64,000 nt of DNA from assembly GCF_009914755.1 (NCBI RefSeq), contig NC_060932.1. The stretch is one strand, 5' to 3'. The stretch comes from the human T2T-CHM13v2.0 reference genome, Homo sapiens. Below are positions 44,871 to 60,689 of the stretch, in pieces; position 1 is the stretch's first letter; each line of letters starts with the position of its first letter. Position numbers and translations under genes: made by a program. The notes beneath the pieces are model-generated. The model had not been told where the DNA came from. It saw only the letters and a program-made list of their open reading frames with translations, and ran no database searches.

Positions 44871-47761
44871 CATATTTATTTTGAAACAGAGAAAAAAATT
44901 CTGATTAGCTTATATGCACATAAAGTCATTTGTCACCATAGAATAGCCTTACTGCAGTAATACATTGATGGCAAAAGTTCCATCCTCCTTTTCAAAGGCC
45001 TAGTTTGTATGTGTGTCTGCTTATGAATGTAACTTTAGATTAAAGTGCTTATTAGTTTTTTTCCCCTTTGTTTCAAAGACATTTTTCAAATGTTTTACCT
45101 TTGACACTGCCACCTGCCCACACTTATGAATATTAAATAATGTTAGAGGTTAATGCACTACTAATGATAGGTTGTTGTAACTCAATTGGACCCTCTTGGC
45201 AAGAAATGCTCAATAAAATGCTCTTTCTACAGCAAAACTAAGTGGTCCTGGTTATATCCTGTGTGATTGAGGAAAATAGGATTTTATTTTGGTATATCTG
45301 TGTGACATATATGTCTTTCAGGATAATATAAAAAGAGTATGTATGACTTTTATAAATCATTTATGAGTTTGCCACTTTTCATAGATATTACTCTTTTAGT
45401 AGTGCTTGTTTTTAAAATATCATGCCAAGTAATTTAACTTTTAATATTGTTAAATTGAAAAATTTTAAAATCACAATGAAATTGTTTTACATGTTAATTA
45501 TAGTAATAGTAGCTATATTATGATAAAGATTATTAGGAAGAATCTAAATTTTGACATTGGTTTTACTAGTTTTCTATTACTAAAAGGTTTCATTAATTCT
45601 ACTTCTCTTTATAATAAAGGTAAAAGTGTATTTTAAAAAGAATGGCCTGTAAACTAAGTCTTTTTGAAAATATATCAAAATACAGAATGTGATATAACAG
45701 CAGAAATTGAGCACTGTTATTGCTCTTGGAATTTTGGTGTGTAAAAGTAAAACTGAAAGAGAATCTCTATCTTTAAAAAACTGACAATCTGTTAGAAGAA
45801 ATATGGCATGAACATATAAATAACTATACACAGACAAATGTGATATGAACTGTATGAGTAATACCCAGTAACTTCAGAATACAAAGGAGAAGAGATGACT
45901 TTGACTAAGAAGATTTACGGGAAGCTTCATAAAGAATAAACTAGTTGGGCTAGGCTTTACAAATGCTTAGTTGATAAAAAAGAGAAACAAAAGATGTAAA
46001 GGCAAGAAAGATCACAGCATTTCAGGGAAAGGCAGAAAATATCATTTGGTGGGAGAGATGGATCTATGAAGTGAAGTCAATGGAATTAGAGATTGAAAAA
46101 AGGGTAATTTGACTAGGAATAGTGGACCACAGACATGATTCTGTAGCTAATGCTGGTTATTAAAAGTATGAGCTTGAGAGCTCATAGTCATATAATCTAA
46201 ATATACTTTAAGAATAATTTTTTTGTAACTAGATATAGGATGGACTTGAATATGTGTGTTAGTTTAGAAAGGCATAGAAAAAAATCTAATGATGTTATCA
46301 CGTATTCCAAGCAAGAGATAATAAATTCAGTTCTGGCACCAGAAAATGGAAAAGAGGTTAAATATAATTAGCATTATAGAAATTGACTTGGCAAGACATT
46401 GTGACTAACTAATGGTTTGTCTGGATTTGTTGGGGATTAAGAGACATATTTGAGAAAAGGTGTCCGTTACTTTAAGGAAGGTTGGAAGACGGAAGACTAA
46501 ACAAGATATTGAGTTAGTGATTTGAAGATGCTTCTTTCAATAAAGAAATTTTCTCAATTGTATAGAGTCATAGGGGTGAGACTATATTATAAAGAATTGA
46601 GGGGTAACTGAAAGGTGAGAAAATGGCTTTGGAATTATACTTTACTTTTTTTTCTCAAAGAATTTAACTTTTTATTTCCTTCTGTTTAAGTTTTTATACT
46701 ATTGGATTATTAGTGTTGAAATGCTACTTGTTCATACAAAATGTCTTTCATTAGTAACATGTAGGTATTTGATAATACAGCTAATAAATTCCTGAAAAAT
46801 TAGATATTCAGATACCCAGCCTTAGCTTACATATATGAATAGGGAATTCAGGTTGGACAATATTTCTATTTCTCCTATTTTATTGTATTTCCATGAATAC
46901 AAATGTAAAAAGAGTACACCTTTATACCATTTCTATTTTTAATTACTTAGTTCTTCTGGCACACCCTTTCAAAGAATGTAATATTTCTATTTCACTTAAT
47001 TGCTGTTTAATTAATATGCAGTTCATAAGTGAGGAGGATAAATGTAATAATTCACAAAAGATAAGTAAGCCAAACACTGTTTGTTCATTCCTTCTGGGCT
47101 ATGATTTGAGAATATGCAGGACAATACACGTTTTATAAAGATTCAAATGAGATTATTTCCTTTGGTGATTCTCTAATATATTGTCTCTTAAGAATGCTAA
47201 CTTATTTTGAATGACTGTCTTGTGTGGCAAAAATAACCTTCTAAGTTAAGAGTATATAATGATAGATGACTTAATAGTACAGTGTTCACCAATATCCTAT
47301 GATGATGAGGAAGTGATTGGAAAGACAGTAATCCATCTGGATATAGTCATTTTCAATATCCTACTGAATTAACGACTATGCATTTTTAGTGGAACACATT
47401 TATATTTGGATGTAGTGGATGTAAGTGTCTACAACAGCATTCTTAACTTTCTGATCTTCAAAATTAATTTTAGTAGAAGACTTGGTTTTTCCAAAAGCTA
47501 TCTTCATTTGTCTGTAAAATCTACACTGAATGAACTCGTGTAATAAATTTACTGATTGAATTTGATTAATTTATTTAATTTTTCTCTTTAGAAATTTTCT
47601 TCTAAATCAGGTAATTTAAACAATTAGATTGAGTTTGTTACATATTTTTAAAAATAGTTAAATGGAAACATTGTAATATTATCACAATTAATTTGTTATT
47701 TAAATGATAGCTTATGACACATTAAACTTTTTCTAGTGCTGGGATTCTTTTTAGAAAGTTA

Positions 47762-48065
<304 letters not shown>

Positions 48066-49248
48066 TTAATCTAGCCTCATAGAGTCTTTTGGAACCTATC
48101 TGGCTTGTAGTTACTTGGCAGATATATTTTCTTTAAGCCAATATGCCCAGTCCTGTATTTAGACATACAGTTTATGGCCTAATTCTTACATAGGTTACAA
48201 CAAATTCCTTTCCTTAGGACAATTCTATAAAGTCTTCTACCAGTTTCATCTCCCTTTTAAGATGACATAACTGCACACATGTAGCATTGCTATGGAGGAA
48301 TATACTCAGTATGGTGAGAATCAGTCATCTGGTTACTTCCATCTCTAACATCAACTCCAGAATATATGCTAAACTCTTCTTGTGAATCCTTGTCATCTAA
48401 TAGCCCTGTGCTCATTTTGTCTCAGGGAACTAGGCTTTTTAAGTCATCTTGACTCTTGAGTCTTTTTCTATAATCCATGTTCAATAGCTCAGCAAACAAA
48501 TTCTCAGAATTCCATGGATCTTAAATGTCAACCAAGATAAAAAATAAAGGGAGTTCCATTTTCTTCAGGGACTGGGTGACTAAATGTAAATGATCAGGAA
48601 ATACAGTCTTGAGAGTTGTTTTACTGTTTACTAGCAGAATAGTTATGACTCCAGATCCTGTATCCTTCATGTGTAAAGGAGGTAGAGCAATTTTACATAA
48701 ATTTTTTTTTGCATTAAAGGTGGCATTTTATGTAAAAGCACACACACACACGTTCAGCAATTATGAAATATATAGGACATGTGTGTCTATAAGTATACCT
48801 ATAAATATGCGTAGGAAAAAGTCCTCCAAAAATGATAATACTTGTAGAGGATTTATAGTTCATGAAGTGCTTTTCTAAATACTATATTGTTATTATGCGT
48901 TATATTAATTTAATTTTTACATATAACAAATGCAGATGGTTATATTTATTTCATATTAATCTGAAGAAAAAACTATGACAAAGAAAATTTAAATATGGAG
49001 GAGCAAAGACATAGCAAGAGAAATAGTCAGGATAGAAATTTAGATCTACTTATTTCACCTCTAACTCTAGTCTGCCTTCTATCTGGGAAGAACAACTTGG
49101 CTTTATCTATTTCCAGTAATAGGGAAGTTCTTGCTTGTCCCATGTCTTTAGTTCAGTTTTAGTATTTATTTCTGTGATCAATTTATGGCTGCAGATTCCA
49201 TTTACAATAGGACTTTGATGAACCCAGGGATTCCATAATACTGGCTCA

Positions 49249-49249
49249 G

Positions 49250-49280
<31 letters not shown>

Positions 49281-49495
49281 GTGTGTGTGTATATATATGT
49301 GTGTGTGTGTATATGTGTGTGTATGTATGTATGTATGTGTGTGTGTATATATATACACATATGTGTGTGTGTGTATATATATACACATATGTGTGTGTGT
49401 ATATATATGTGTGTGTGTGTATGTGTGTGTATGTATGTATGTGTGTGTATATATATATATACACATATGTGTGTGTGTGTGTATATATATATGTA
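49249..49495. repeat. Compound (TG)n/(TA)n microsatellite, ~245 bp
   Basis: Alternating purine-pyrimidine tract with a recurring ATATACACATATGTGTGTGTG subunit. Confidence 0.97.
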
Positions 49496-50329
49496 TTTCC
49501 CCTCTCCTATCTATTTTGCTGTTCATTTTTATCTTCTCTGTTGGCTCCTCTTCCTGTATCTGACTGCTAAATATTGGTACTTTTCAGAGCTAATTATTTT
49601 ACTTTTTAAAAAAAATTCTCTTCAGTTTTTGCTAGGTCACCAATGATTTAGATAAGAATCTATATGTCATCACCTCACAGATTTGTAACGCCAGCTGGTA
49701 CCTCTCTTCTGAGCTCCAGATCCATTTATCAATTCTGAAATTTGATGTCTCACAACCTCCCACATTCAAAATCTCCAAAACTTAGCTCATGAACTCTCCA
49801 AAACCCCTTTGAATTCGAAATTGCTCCTCCCACAGTTGCAAAAGCCAGAAACCTGGGCGTTACCACTATTTCTTCTCCTTTCATATCTACTCCTTCCAAT
49901 TCATCACTAAGTCTTTGGCTTTTTCCTCCTGATTGTATCAGGGACTAAGGATTTTTAATGTATGAATAAACACAATCTTTTCTTCTCCCTCTGACTTCTA
50001 GAATAGATGTATGCTTATTTCTTTTGTGAACTCTTGGCAACTTATTTACTGTATAGAACTTAGGAAAATGGCTAATTCTTGCAGGAAATGCAATAAAGGA
50101 TCCCTGAGTCTTTCCATTCGTGGGAAACTTGGGTTGTTGAGAGCTAATTTTTCGGCCACCTTTGTGCGGCAACGGACAGATGAGAATGGAAATGCTGATG
50201 AACATTACCTGCTAGGAGGAGATGAATAAGTAGCATGGCGTTGTGTGGTGGTTAGGGAGTGGGCCCTGTGACTGTGAGAGAGCTGTGTGTTGAGAGGAAA
50301 ATCTGGCTGCCAATGTTGAAACTTGAGTT

Positions 50330-50577
50330 GTAAGGCAGTTTACTGGCAGAATTCGTTCCTACCCAGAGTACCTCAATCTTTCTTTTCACTTGAGGCCTTC
50401 AACTGATTGGATGAGGCCTACTGACATTATGAGTATGACCTACTTTTCTCAAAGTCTACTGATATAAAAGTTAATAATATCTAAGAAATACCTTCACAGT
50501 AACGCCGAGATTGCTGTTTGACCAAATGACGGGTTACTATTGCCTAGTCAAGTTGACATATACAATCAACCATGACA
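50330..50577 (-). mobile_element. MLT2 (ERVL) LTR fragment
   Basis: GGCCTTCAACTGATTGGATGAGGCC...CTAGTCAAGTTGACATATACAATCAACCATGACA. Confidence 0.8.
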
Positions 50578-51603
50578 GAGAGGATCTATTCTATTTTCAC
50601 CTGATTCAGTTCCAGTAATTATTTTTTTGTATCTTATATCCTAGAGATCTCTCAGGGTTTCTTCCCTCAGCCCCAGATCTTCTCCCATACTTATATATAA
50701 GAAACGTCTTCCATTTCCTATGTCTCAGTTTGAATGTAGCTTTATCAGAGGAGTCTCTACTTTTCTAAGGATTAGGTCAATTCCTCTGTTAGATGCTTCC
50801 ATAGAACCCTCTGCTAATCATTTGTTTAAAATCTCTGTTCCTTTCTAGGAACAGAGAACACAATAGGCATGCAGTAACTATTAAAGTAATGGCTGGATCT
50901 ACCTTAGAACACACTTAACCTGCACTGTTGGTTCCATAGCTTTCTGCTTTGCTGAGAGTGACATCTATGGCAATTTTCTCTATCCTCCTCACCCCTTAAT
51001 TACAAGTTGAGAAGCTATGTTTGTGGGTGGGGCAGGTCCACTGAATGACTATGTTGGATATTGAGATAAGCAAACAGACTAAAGGCTTAGGTTGCGCACA
51101 ACGCTCACTTTATCACTTTTTAGCTTTTTCTTCTCTCTTTCCCGTAGCAGCTGGTACAATTAGAGGGAACAGAGGCTATTGGCATAGCTTGGGCCCCAGG
51201 TAGGAGGGGCCCAAGCTTGGCATAAATATTAGAATAAGCTCTTCTGTGAAGCTCTTCTCAGGCTTTAGAGCACATGGTTTTTAAAATTTTTTTATTTTTG
51301 TATTATTATTTTTTTAACTCTTACTTTCCTTGATTTTTTTTCTTTAATGCTTTTTTTTTTTTCCCTGTCCAGGTTCATGTTAGCATATGAACTAAAAAAT
51401 ATCAAAAAGGAAGAAGGACTGCTGTATTGTCATGTTGGCAGATTTATTCATTTCATATTGACAATGCTAATTTATTATACTTTCAAACCCATCTTGCCCT
51501 CAGGGATGTTAGATGATCTGGTTCCACTGCTATTAAATGCTTGCTCCTGTAAACTTTGTGGACATAGAGGCTGAGGGAACCCAATAATTTAATCCAGAAG
51601 TCA

Positions 51604-51958
<355 letters not shown>

Positions 51959-52572
51959 TAATAATTTATGCATTGTGAGGAGATGCCTATAACCTACTAA
52001 ACATCATATTCACAATAGCATGGCCTCTTCACCTAAAGTGTGAAACCTTCAGATTAAAGCAAGGTTAATTACGTTTTCTACAGTGTCATATTTCTACAAA
52101 GTACAAAATGCAAAGCAAAATAACCCAGAAGCTAGGAATGAGAATTTTTATTCTTTTTTTAGGACTAAGACGTTGGTTAGTTTTGATTTGAATTCCTGGA
52201 AAACCTAGTGCTTTCTTAAGATAATACACTTGACAGCCTTTATTAAACATACTAAATAGATTAGAAGATAAGTTTGTGCATAAGTCTGTGCTTGTTTTGG
52301 ATAGTTTCCTATTTGAGTGTTGTCTTTTTTCTAATATTCCTTCACTCTGACTAGATTAGATGTCTCTCTTCTCTCCTATTATAACAATCAATAAATAGCT
52401 GTTATTTTTTACTCATGATTTTGCATCATATTTACTAGAGTATGTGTCTACGTCCTCTTTTAACTGCCTGTTGGCAATTGCCTGTTGCATCTTATTCACT
52501 GAGCAACTAGGCCTATGGCAAACAATCAATTATTAGCATCTGAATGACCATATATATATATCTGTTCTCGTC

Positions 52573-52863
52573 TTTTTTTTTGAGACGGAGTCTCGCTCTG
52601 TCGCCCAGGCTGGAGAGCCGTGGCACGATCTCGGCTCACTGAAAGCTCTGCCTCCTGGGTTTGTGCCATTCTCCTGCCTTAGCCTCCCGAGTAGCTGGGA
52701 CTACAGGTGCCCGCCACCACACCTGGCTATTTTTTTGTATTTTTAGTAGAGACGGGGGTCTCACTGTGTTAGCCAGGATGGTCTCGATCTCCTGACCTCG
52801 TGATCTGCCCGCCTTGGCCTCCCAAAATGTTGGGATTACAGGCATGAGCCACAACGCCCGGCC
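52573..52863 (-). mobile_element. AluY
   Basis: Antisense Alu with GCCATTCTCC and GTGTTAGCCAGGATGG. Flanks CTGTTCTCGTCTTT / CTGTTATTGTCTTT. Confidence 0.92.
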
Positions 52864-53044
52864 CTGTTATTGTCTTTAAAATACCCTGTGCTTCCTTTCT
52901 TAACTGAATGTAACCTCAGAGGAAGTTAGGTAACAGATGTTAGGTAATTGGGCATTCTCTGCCCCTGGAATCATCCTTACACTCTGAGGCATTCAGGCCT
53001 TTCCATGTACAGGGACTATTTTGTAGGAAATGAAACACAGTGGC

Positions 53045-53414
53045 TGTATTAGCTTGGGCTGCCACAACAAATACCATAGACTGGGCAACTTAAACAATAG
53101 AAATTTATGTTTTCACAATTCTGGAGACTGGGAAGTTTAAGTTCAATGTGCCATCTGACTAGATGAAGTCCCTATTTGTGGCTTATAGCCGGCCTTCTCC
53201 CTATGTCATCACATAGTGGAGACAGAAAGAAGAGTAGCTCTCTGGTGTCTTTTTTTTTTTTTTTTTTTAATAAGAACACTAATTTTATCAGATTAGCACC
53301 ACCCCCAACCTTATGACCTAATTTAACCTTAATTACCACCCTACTCCAAATACAGTCACGTTGGTTGTTAAAAGTTTCAACCTGAATTTTAGGGTAAACA
53401 ATTAGATCCATAGT
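53045..53414 (-). mobile_element. MLT1A-type MaLR solo LTR
   Basis: TGTATTAGCTTGGGCTGCCACAACAAATACCATAGACTGGG...TTATGACCTAATTTAACCTTAATTACC...CCAAATACAGTCAC. Confidence 0.8.
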
Positions 53415-55169
53415 GGGGAATTGAAGAATTTTTAATATAATTTCAATTTTTAATGCTGGAAAGCATGATTACATATGAAGCAAACTCAGCAAAATGGCCA
53501 ATGCACACCAGGCCACTTTCCTTCCACACATGCCTGCCTTTTAGCTGAGAAGAGGATAAGGAAAGCAAAATGCGTGTTCCATCCAGTTCTAGAAGTTAGA
53601 TGTTGACTTTCAGAATACAAACCAGAAAACAGGTTCAGGGTGGGAGAAAAGCTCACAGAACAGAGATGAGAGGCTTTGCTGCTTCTGACTCTGCTCATTT
53701 TTCTTCCCTTTTTTTTTTTTACCTTTTCCTCTCCACACCTTTAGCCTGCAAAGCTCTACATGGTAATATTAGCAGATTAAAAGGAAATTTGAGAGAAGAC
53801 AAGTTTAAATGCCAGAAAGCAGTGAAGCACTGGATAAAGTGTTAATCAAAGCAAGCAAGAAGCAGCAGCTCAGGATATACTTGGAAGCAGACACAGCTTC
53901 CTTAACTACATAGCTTTCTCTTCGTTTGACATTTTTATTTCCAGAGTACTACTTGAGCCTCAAAAGCTTGCTTTTTAGTGAGGAAAAAAATTAAAAGGTT
54001 TATTCAACCTTTTAGGGTGAAGGAAAATGTTGAGTTCTCTGAGCATTTCCTTGTGCAATGAGTCTTGTATATCTAAACCACTTTGGTTTCCTGTTTTAAT
54101 CTTGGCTTTGATATCACATGGTCCTTTTTAAAATATATATTTATATTGTTTAAAACTAATTTTTGAATTTTCATTTGGTTTCAAAAATGAATCTAAGGAC
54201 TGGAAAATTTTCTACAATTTACAAAAGAAGAAACTGAGGTTCGTAGTTTATGTAGTGTGCATGAGATCACGTGTCTCCAAGTGGTTAAGGCCATGATTCA
54301 TATCCAAGAGTGACTGACTCCAAAGACTGTGTTGTCTTTTCATATAAAATACTTCGATGTGTACCAAGAAAAACATTTATGTTTCTTCACTTGACAAGCA
54401 CAAGTCTTGTCTTTATAAACCATTAGAAATAATTATAGCCTTCACAGTGGGGCAGAAAGCAGTTTTCTACTTTGATGTATGTCTTGTAGGGAAGAATAAC
54501 ATTTTAACTATGATTTTGACTTTGTTCTTCATTAGTTTACCTCATGTTGAGCATTTTGTCATGCTGATTCCCTCTGAAGATTTTTAATGCAATGCGTGGT
54601 GCCACAAATTTGATTAGAGTAACTGGCATTTGATTGTGCCTTGGCTCAAACTTTCCTCCTTAGTGCCCCAGGTGCTAGTTTTTCAGATTCCTGCAGTAAT
54701 CAGGAACTAAGGAGATTTGCACTCTTGACACCCTAACAGGTAAATTAACTTCGTGATCTGTCAGATTCCACTGGAGTCATCATAATTCTGACTGTTGTGA
54801 CATACAATCCTTGTAATGTTTTCTAAGTGGTTTGAAGATGGATGGCACATAAATATGTATGTCTAAAGATGAGTATAACATTGTTATGCTTCCCTTTGCA
54901 TATTTGCTATAGGAAAAAAACACTCATTTTGTCAAAAATTCTCAAGAATGATCAACAACTTTTACTGCAAAATAGTGTAATATGCTATATAATTGTTACT
55001 TAAGAATTTCTAAAACAAAGTTACATAACTCATGAATATTTTACGTGGAAGGCATATGATGCTGGAAAGACTTGGGGGCAAATATTGGCTTTTCAACATA
55101 CTGGCTGTCTAGGCACAAGTAAGTCTGAGTTTACTCACTTTTAGAAAGTTTAAGATAAAGTTTTAGGCT

Positions 55170-57110
<1,941 letters not shown>

Positions 57111-57371
57111 GGGAGATGGCTTCTGGTTCTAGAGCCTTGTTGTCATGCTAGCTAATCTGTGGATAACAAGAATAATATCTAGATAAAATATTTTAAATAT
57201 TTTAAAAGAAAATATTTGACGAAACTGAATAATGACCAGAAACAGGCAAAAACTAAAGAGCAATTAACCCTTGAAAAATGAAACTATTTCAAATGAGGTG
57301 TGTGTGTTTGCTTGTGTGTGTATTGTCTCATAGTACTTCTCAATCTGAATGGGGATAACAGAAAGCCAAGG

Positions 57372-57672
57372 TTTTGTTTGTTTGTTTGTTTTTGGAGACA
57401 GAGTCACACTCCATTGCCGGGGCTGGAGTGCAGTGGTGCAGTCTTGGCTAACTGCAGCCTCCACCTCCCAAGTTCAAGCAATTCTGTCTCAGCCTTCTGA
57501 GTAGCTGGGGTTACAGGCACCTACTACCATGCCTGGCTAATTTCTGTATTTTCAATAGAGATGGGGTTTCACCATCTCTTGATGCTGGTCTTGAATTCTT
57601 GTCTTCAAGTGATCCTCCTGCCTTGGCCTCCCAACGTGCTGGGATTACAGGTGTGAGCCACCATGCCTGGCC
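57372..57672 (-). mobile_element. Alu (older S/J type)
   Basis: (GTTT)n tail. TSD AGAAAGCCAA. Confidence 0.92.
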
Positions 57673-57899
57673 AGAAAGCCAAATTTTAAAGCCTTATTTT
57701 GTTAGAGGACTAAGTTCAGAGCTGACAGAGTGGCTGGAAAATTTAAATGGGAAGTTTACAGAGGGAACGGTCTCTAAAATCTGTATAAAAACTACCAAAA
57801 TCCTTGTCTTCCTATTGAACCACCCATGTAGGGAAGATTCCAATTTTAGTAAAACCAGCATCCAGAAAGAGAAATAAATGAAACAAAACAAAACGAAAA

Positions 57900-58700
57900 A
57901 CTTCAGTTCCTGGCCACTGGGGGAGAAAGATTTTAGTTTGAATCTAACTGCCTGCTAGGCAAAATCTCAACACCTTTCAGATAAAAGTTACTAAATCCAG
58001 AGAATCTACAATATTTCTAACACAATTTCAAGGATAAAATAAAATTTATTAGGTGTAAAGTAGCTGGGAAAAGTTACTTAATAAAAATATCAGTCAGCAG
58101 AAACTCTAAGATGATCAAGATGTTGTAAGTAGTAGACAAGGCCTTTTTATCAGGTATTGTTAACATCTTCAAAAACCAAAGGAAAAACATAATTATAGTG
58201 AATGAACAGGTGGGAAATCTTACTTGAGAAAGTGTGGGAAAGAACCAAATGGAAATTCTAGAATTAAAAACAAATATAGAGAAAAAGCAGGCATTTCACA
58301 AATATAAAAGAGCCAATATCTGAGGAGGATACAACTATAAATATATATATATATGTCTAATAATTATATACCTAATAACACAACTTGAAAATACATGAAG
58401 AAAAACTGACAGAACTAAAAGGGAGAAATAGACAAAACCGTAATTGGAGACTTTACACATTTCTCAGTAAATTATGGAACAACTTGACAAAATGTCAATA
58501 ATAATGTTGAAGACATGAATGGTTTTATCTACCACATTTATCATATTAACATTTATAGAACATGACAACTGCAGAATTGACAGTCTTTTAAAGCATATAT
58601 GGAATTTTATAGAGATAGAATGTATGCTAGAATATTAAGAAATCTCAATAAAAATTCATGTTCCTTGTCCATAATGAAATTAAATAAGAAATCAAGGTAA
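57900..58700 (+). mobile_element. Old L1M fragments
   Basis: A-rich. AAGAACCAAATGGAAATTCTAGAA; AAATACATGAAGAAAAACTGACAGAACTAAAAGGGAGAAATAGAC (ORF2 endonuclease region). Confidence 0.7.
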
Positions 58701-58766
58701 TCATAGAAGAAGTATAAGGCAGTGCTTTGAGGGGACAATTTGCTGTTATGATGCAGCTGGAGGTGA

Positions 58767-59084
<318 letters not shown>

Positions 59085-59504
59085 CAGAATTTTTTATGTT
59101 GATGGACATAACTGATTGGTGAGAGTAAACTTGGTGTAAGAAAGAGGAGACTTGGAGGTCTCTGAGTGGGCATGGGTACAGGAGCAGACATAGTTTACTT
59201 ACAGTAACATGAGAAGGAAGGCAGTTTACATGTGTAAAGATACTGGAAGATAGATAGCATGGCGAGAATTCGTATGAATTCACATTTTATGTCTGCCAGA
59301 TAAGTGATCCAACCAGATTTGTGGTTTTAGAAGGCCATTGTAATTATAGTTTGGAGCAATTATTTTGTGGGCAAGATTGCAGGTAGCCATACTATTAGGA
59401 GATGGCTATAAGCCAAGTAAGACATGATGATGGCAAGAAATAGTTAATAGTGTGTAAACAACTCTGACATTTGAAAGACATTTGGAATGTGGAGGCAGCA
59501 GGAC

Positions 59505-59811
59505 TTTTTTTTGTTGTTTGTTTGTTTTTGAGACAGAGTCTCACTCTGTTGCCCAGGCTGGAGTGCAGTGGCGCGATTTCGGCTCACTGCAAGCTCTGCC
59601 TCCCGGGTTCACGCCGTTCTCTTGCCTCGGTGTCCTGAGCAGCTGGGACTACAGGCACCTGCCAAAACGCCCGGCTAATTTTTTTGTATTTTTAGTAGAG
59701 ACGGGGTTTCACTGTATTAGCCAGGATGGTCTCAATCTCCTGACTTCGTGATCCGCCCGCCTCAGCTTCCCAAAGTGCTGGGGTTACAGGTGTGAGCCAC
59801 AGCGCTCGGCC
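59505..59811 (-). mobile_element. AluY
   Basis: GCAAGCTCTGCCTCCCGGGTTCACGCC. TSD CAGGACTT. Confidence 0.93.
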
Positions 59812-60314
59812 ACAGGACTTGTTAAATGATAAAAGAGACAATATAGGGAGAGAGGGATTCAGAGGAACTGAAGAAAATTCCCAGGAGTTTGATTCAGGCA
59901 ATTTGTTTTAAGGTGGTAGCGTTTACTAAGATAGAATGCTTAAGAAAGAGCAAAGTTGAAAAGAAGATGATGAGTTTAGTCTTAGAAATGATTGGTAAAT
60001 AGATTTAAAGTTTCACCAAAGGATCTGTGCTGAAGGTAGCATTTGCCAAATATCAGCATACAGATGGTAACTGCCACCAGCTATGTGGTTGTTGAGATCT
60101 CCAAGAAGAGGTATGGTGAGTAGGATGGGAAAGAAATGGAAAAAAGAAGGGAATGGAAGGTCTACAAAAAGCCTTGATTTATTAAATAATTATTCTGGGC
60201 CATGCACTCTTTAATAAGTTGTTTTTACATCTTAATATATTTCATCCTCACAAAAATGCTATGAGACATGTATGCTTATTCCATTTTACAAGTCACTAAA
60301 TAGAGAAAGATGAT

Positions 60315-60689
60315 TGTATTAGTCTTTTCTCATGGTGCTAATAAAGACATACCTAGGACTTGGTAATTTATAAGGAAAGAGGTTTAATTGACTCACAGTT
60401 CTGCAGGGCTAGAGAGGCCTCAGAAAACTTACAGTCACGGCAGAAGGGGAAGCAAATATGTCCTTCTTCACATGGCAGCAGCAAGGAAAAGTGCAGCGTG
60501 AAGTTGGGGAAAAGCCCCTTACAAAACCAGCAGATCTTGTGAGAACTCACTCACTATCATGAGAATAGCATGGAGGTAACCATCCCATGATTCAGTTACT
60601 TCCCACTGGGTCCCACCCACGACACATGGGGATTATGGGAATTACAGTTCAAAATGAGTTTTGGGTGGGGACACAGCCAAACCATAGCA
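60315..60689 (-). mobile_element. THE1 solo LTR (THE1C-like)
   Basis: TGTATTAGTC...GCTAATAAAGACATACC...GGGGACACAGCCAAACCATAGCA. Perfect TSD ATGAT (60310-60314 / 60690-60694). Confidence 0.93.

Noticed and set aside
49107-49646. Several 70-139 aa ORFs (HTHT.../CVCV...)
   Set aside because: Translations of the TG/TA microsatellite, which lacks stop codons.
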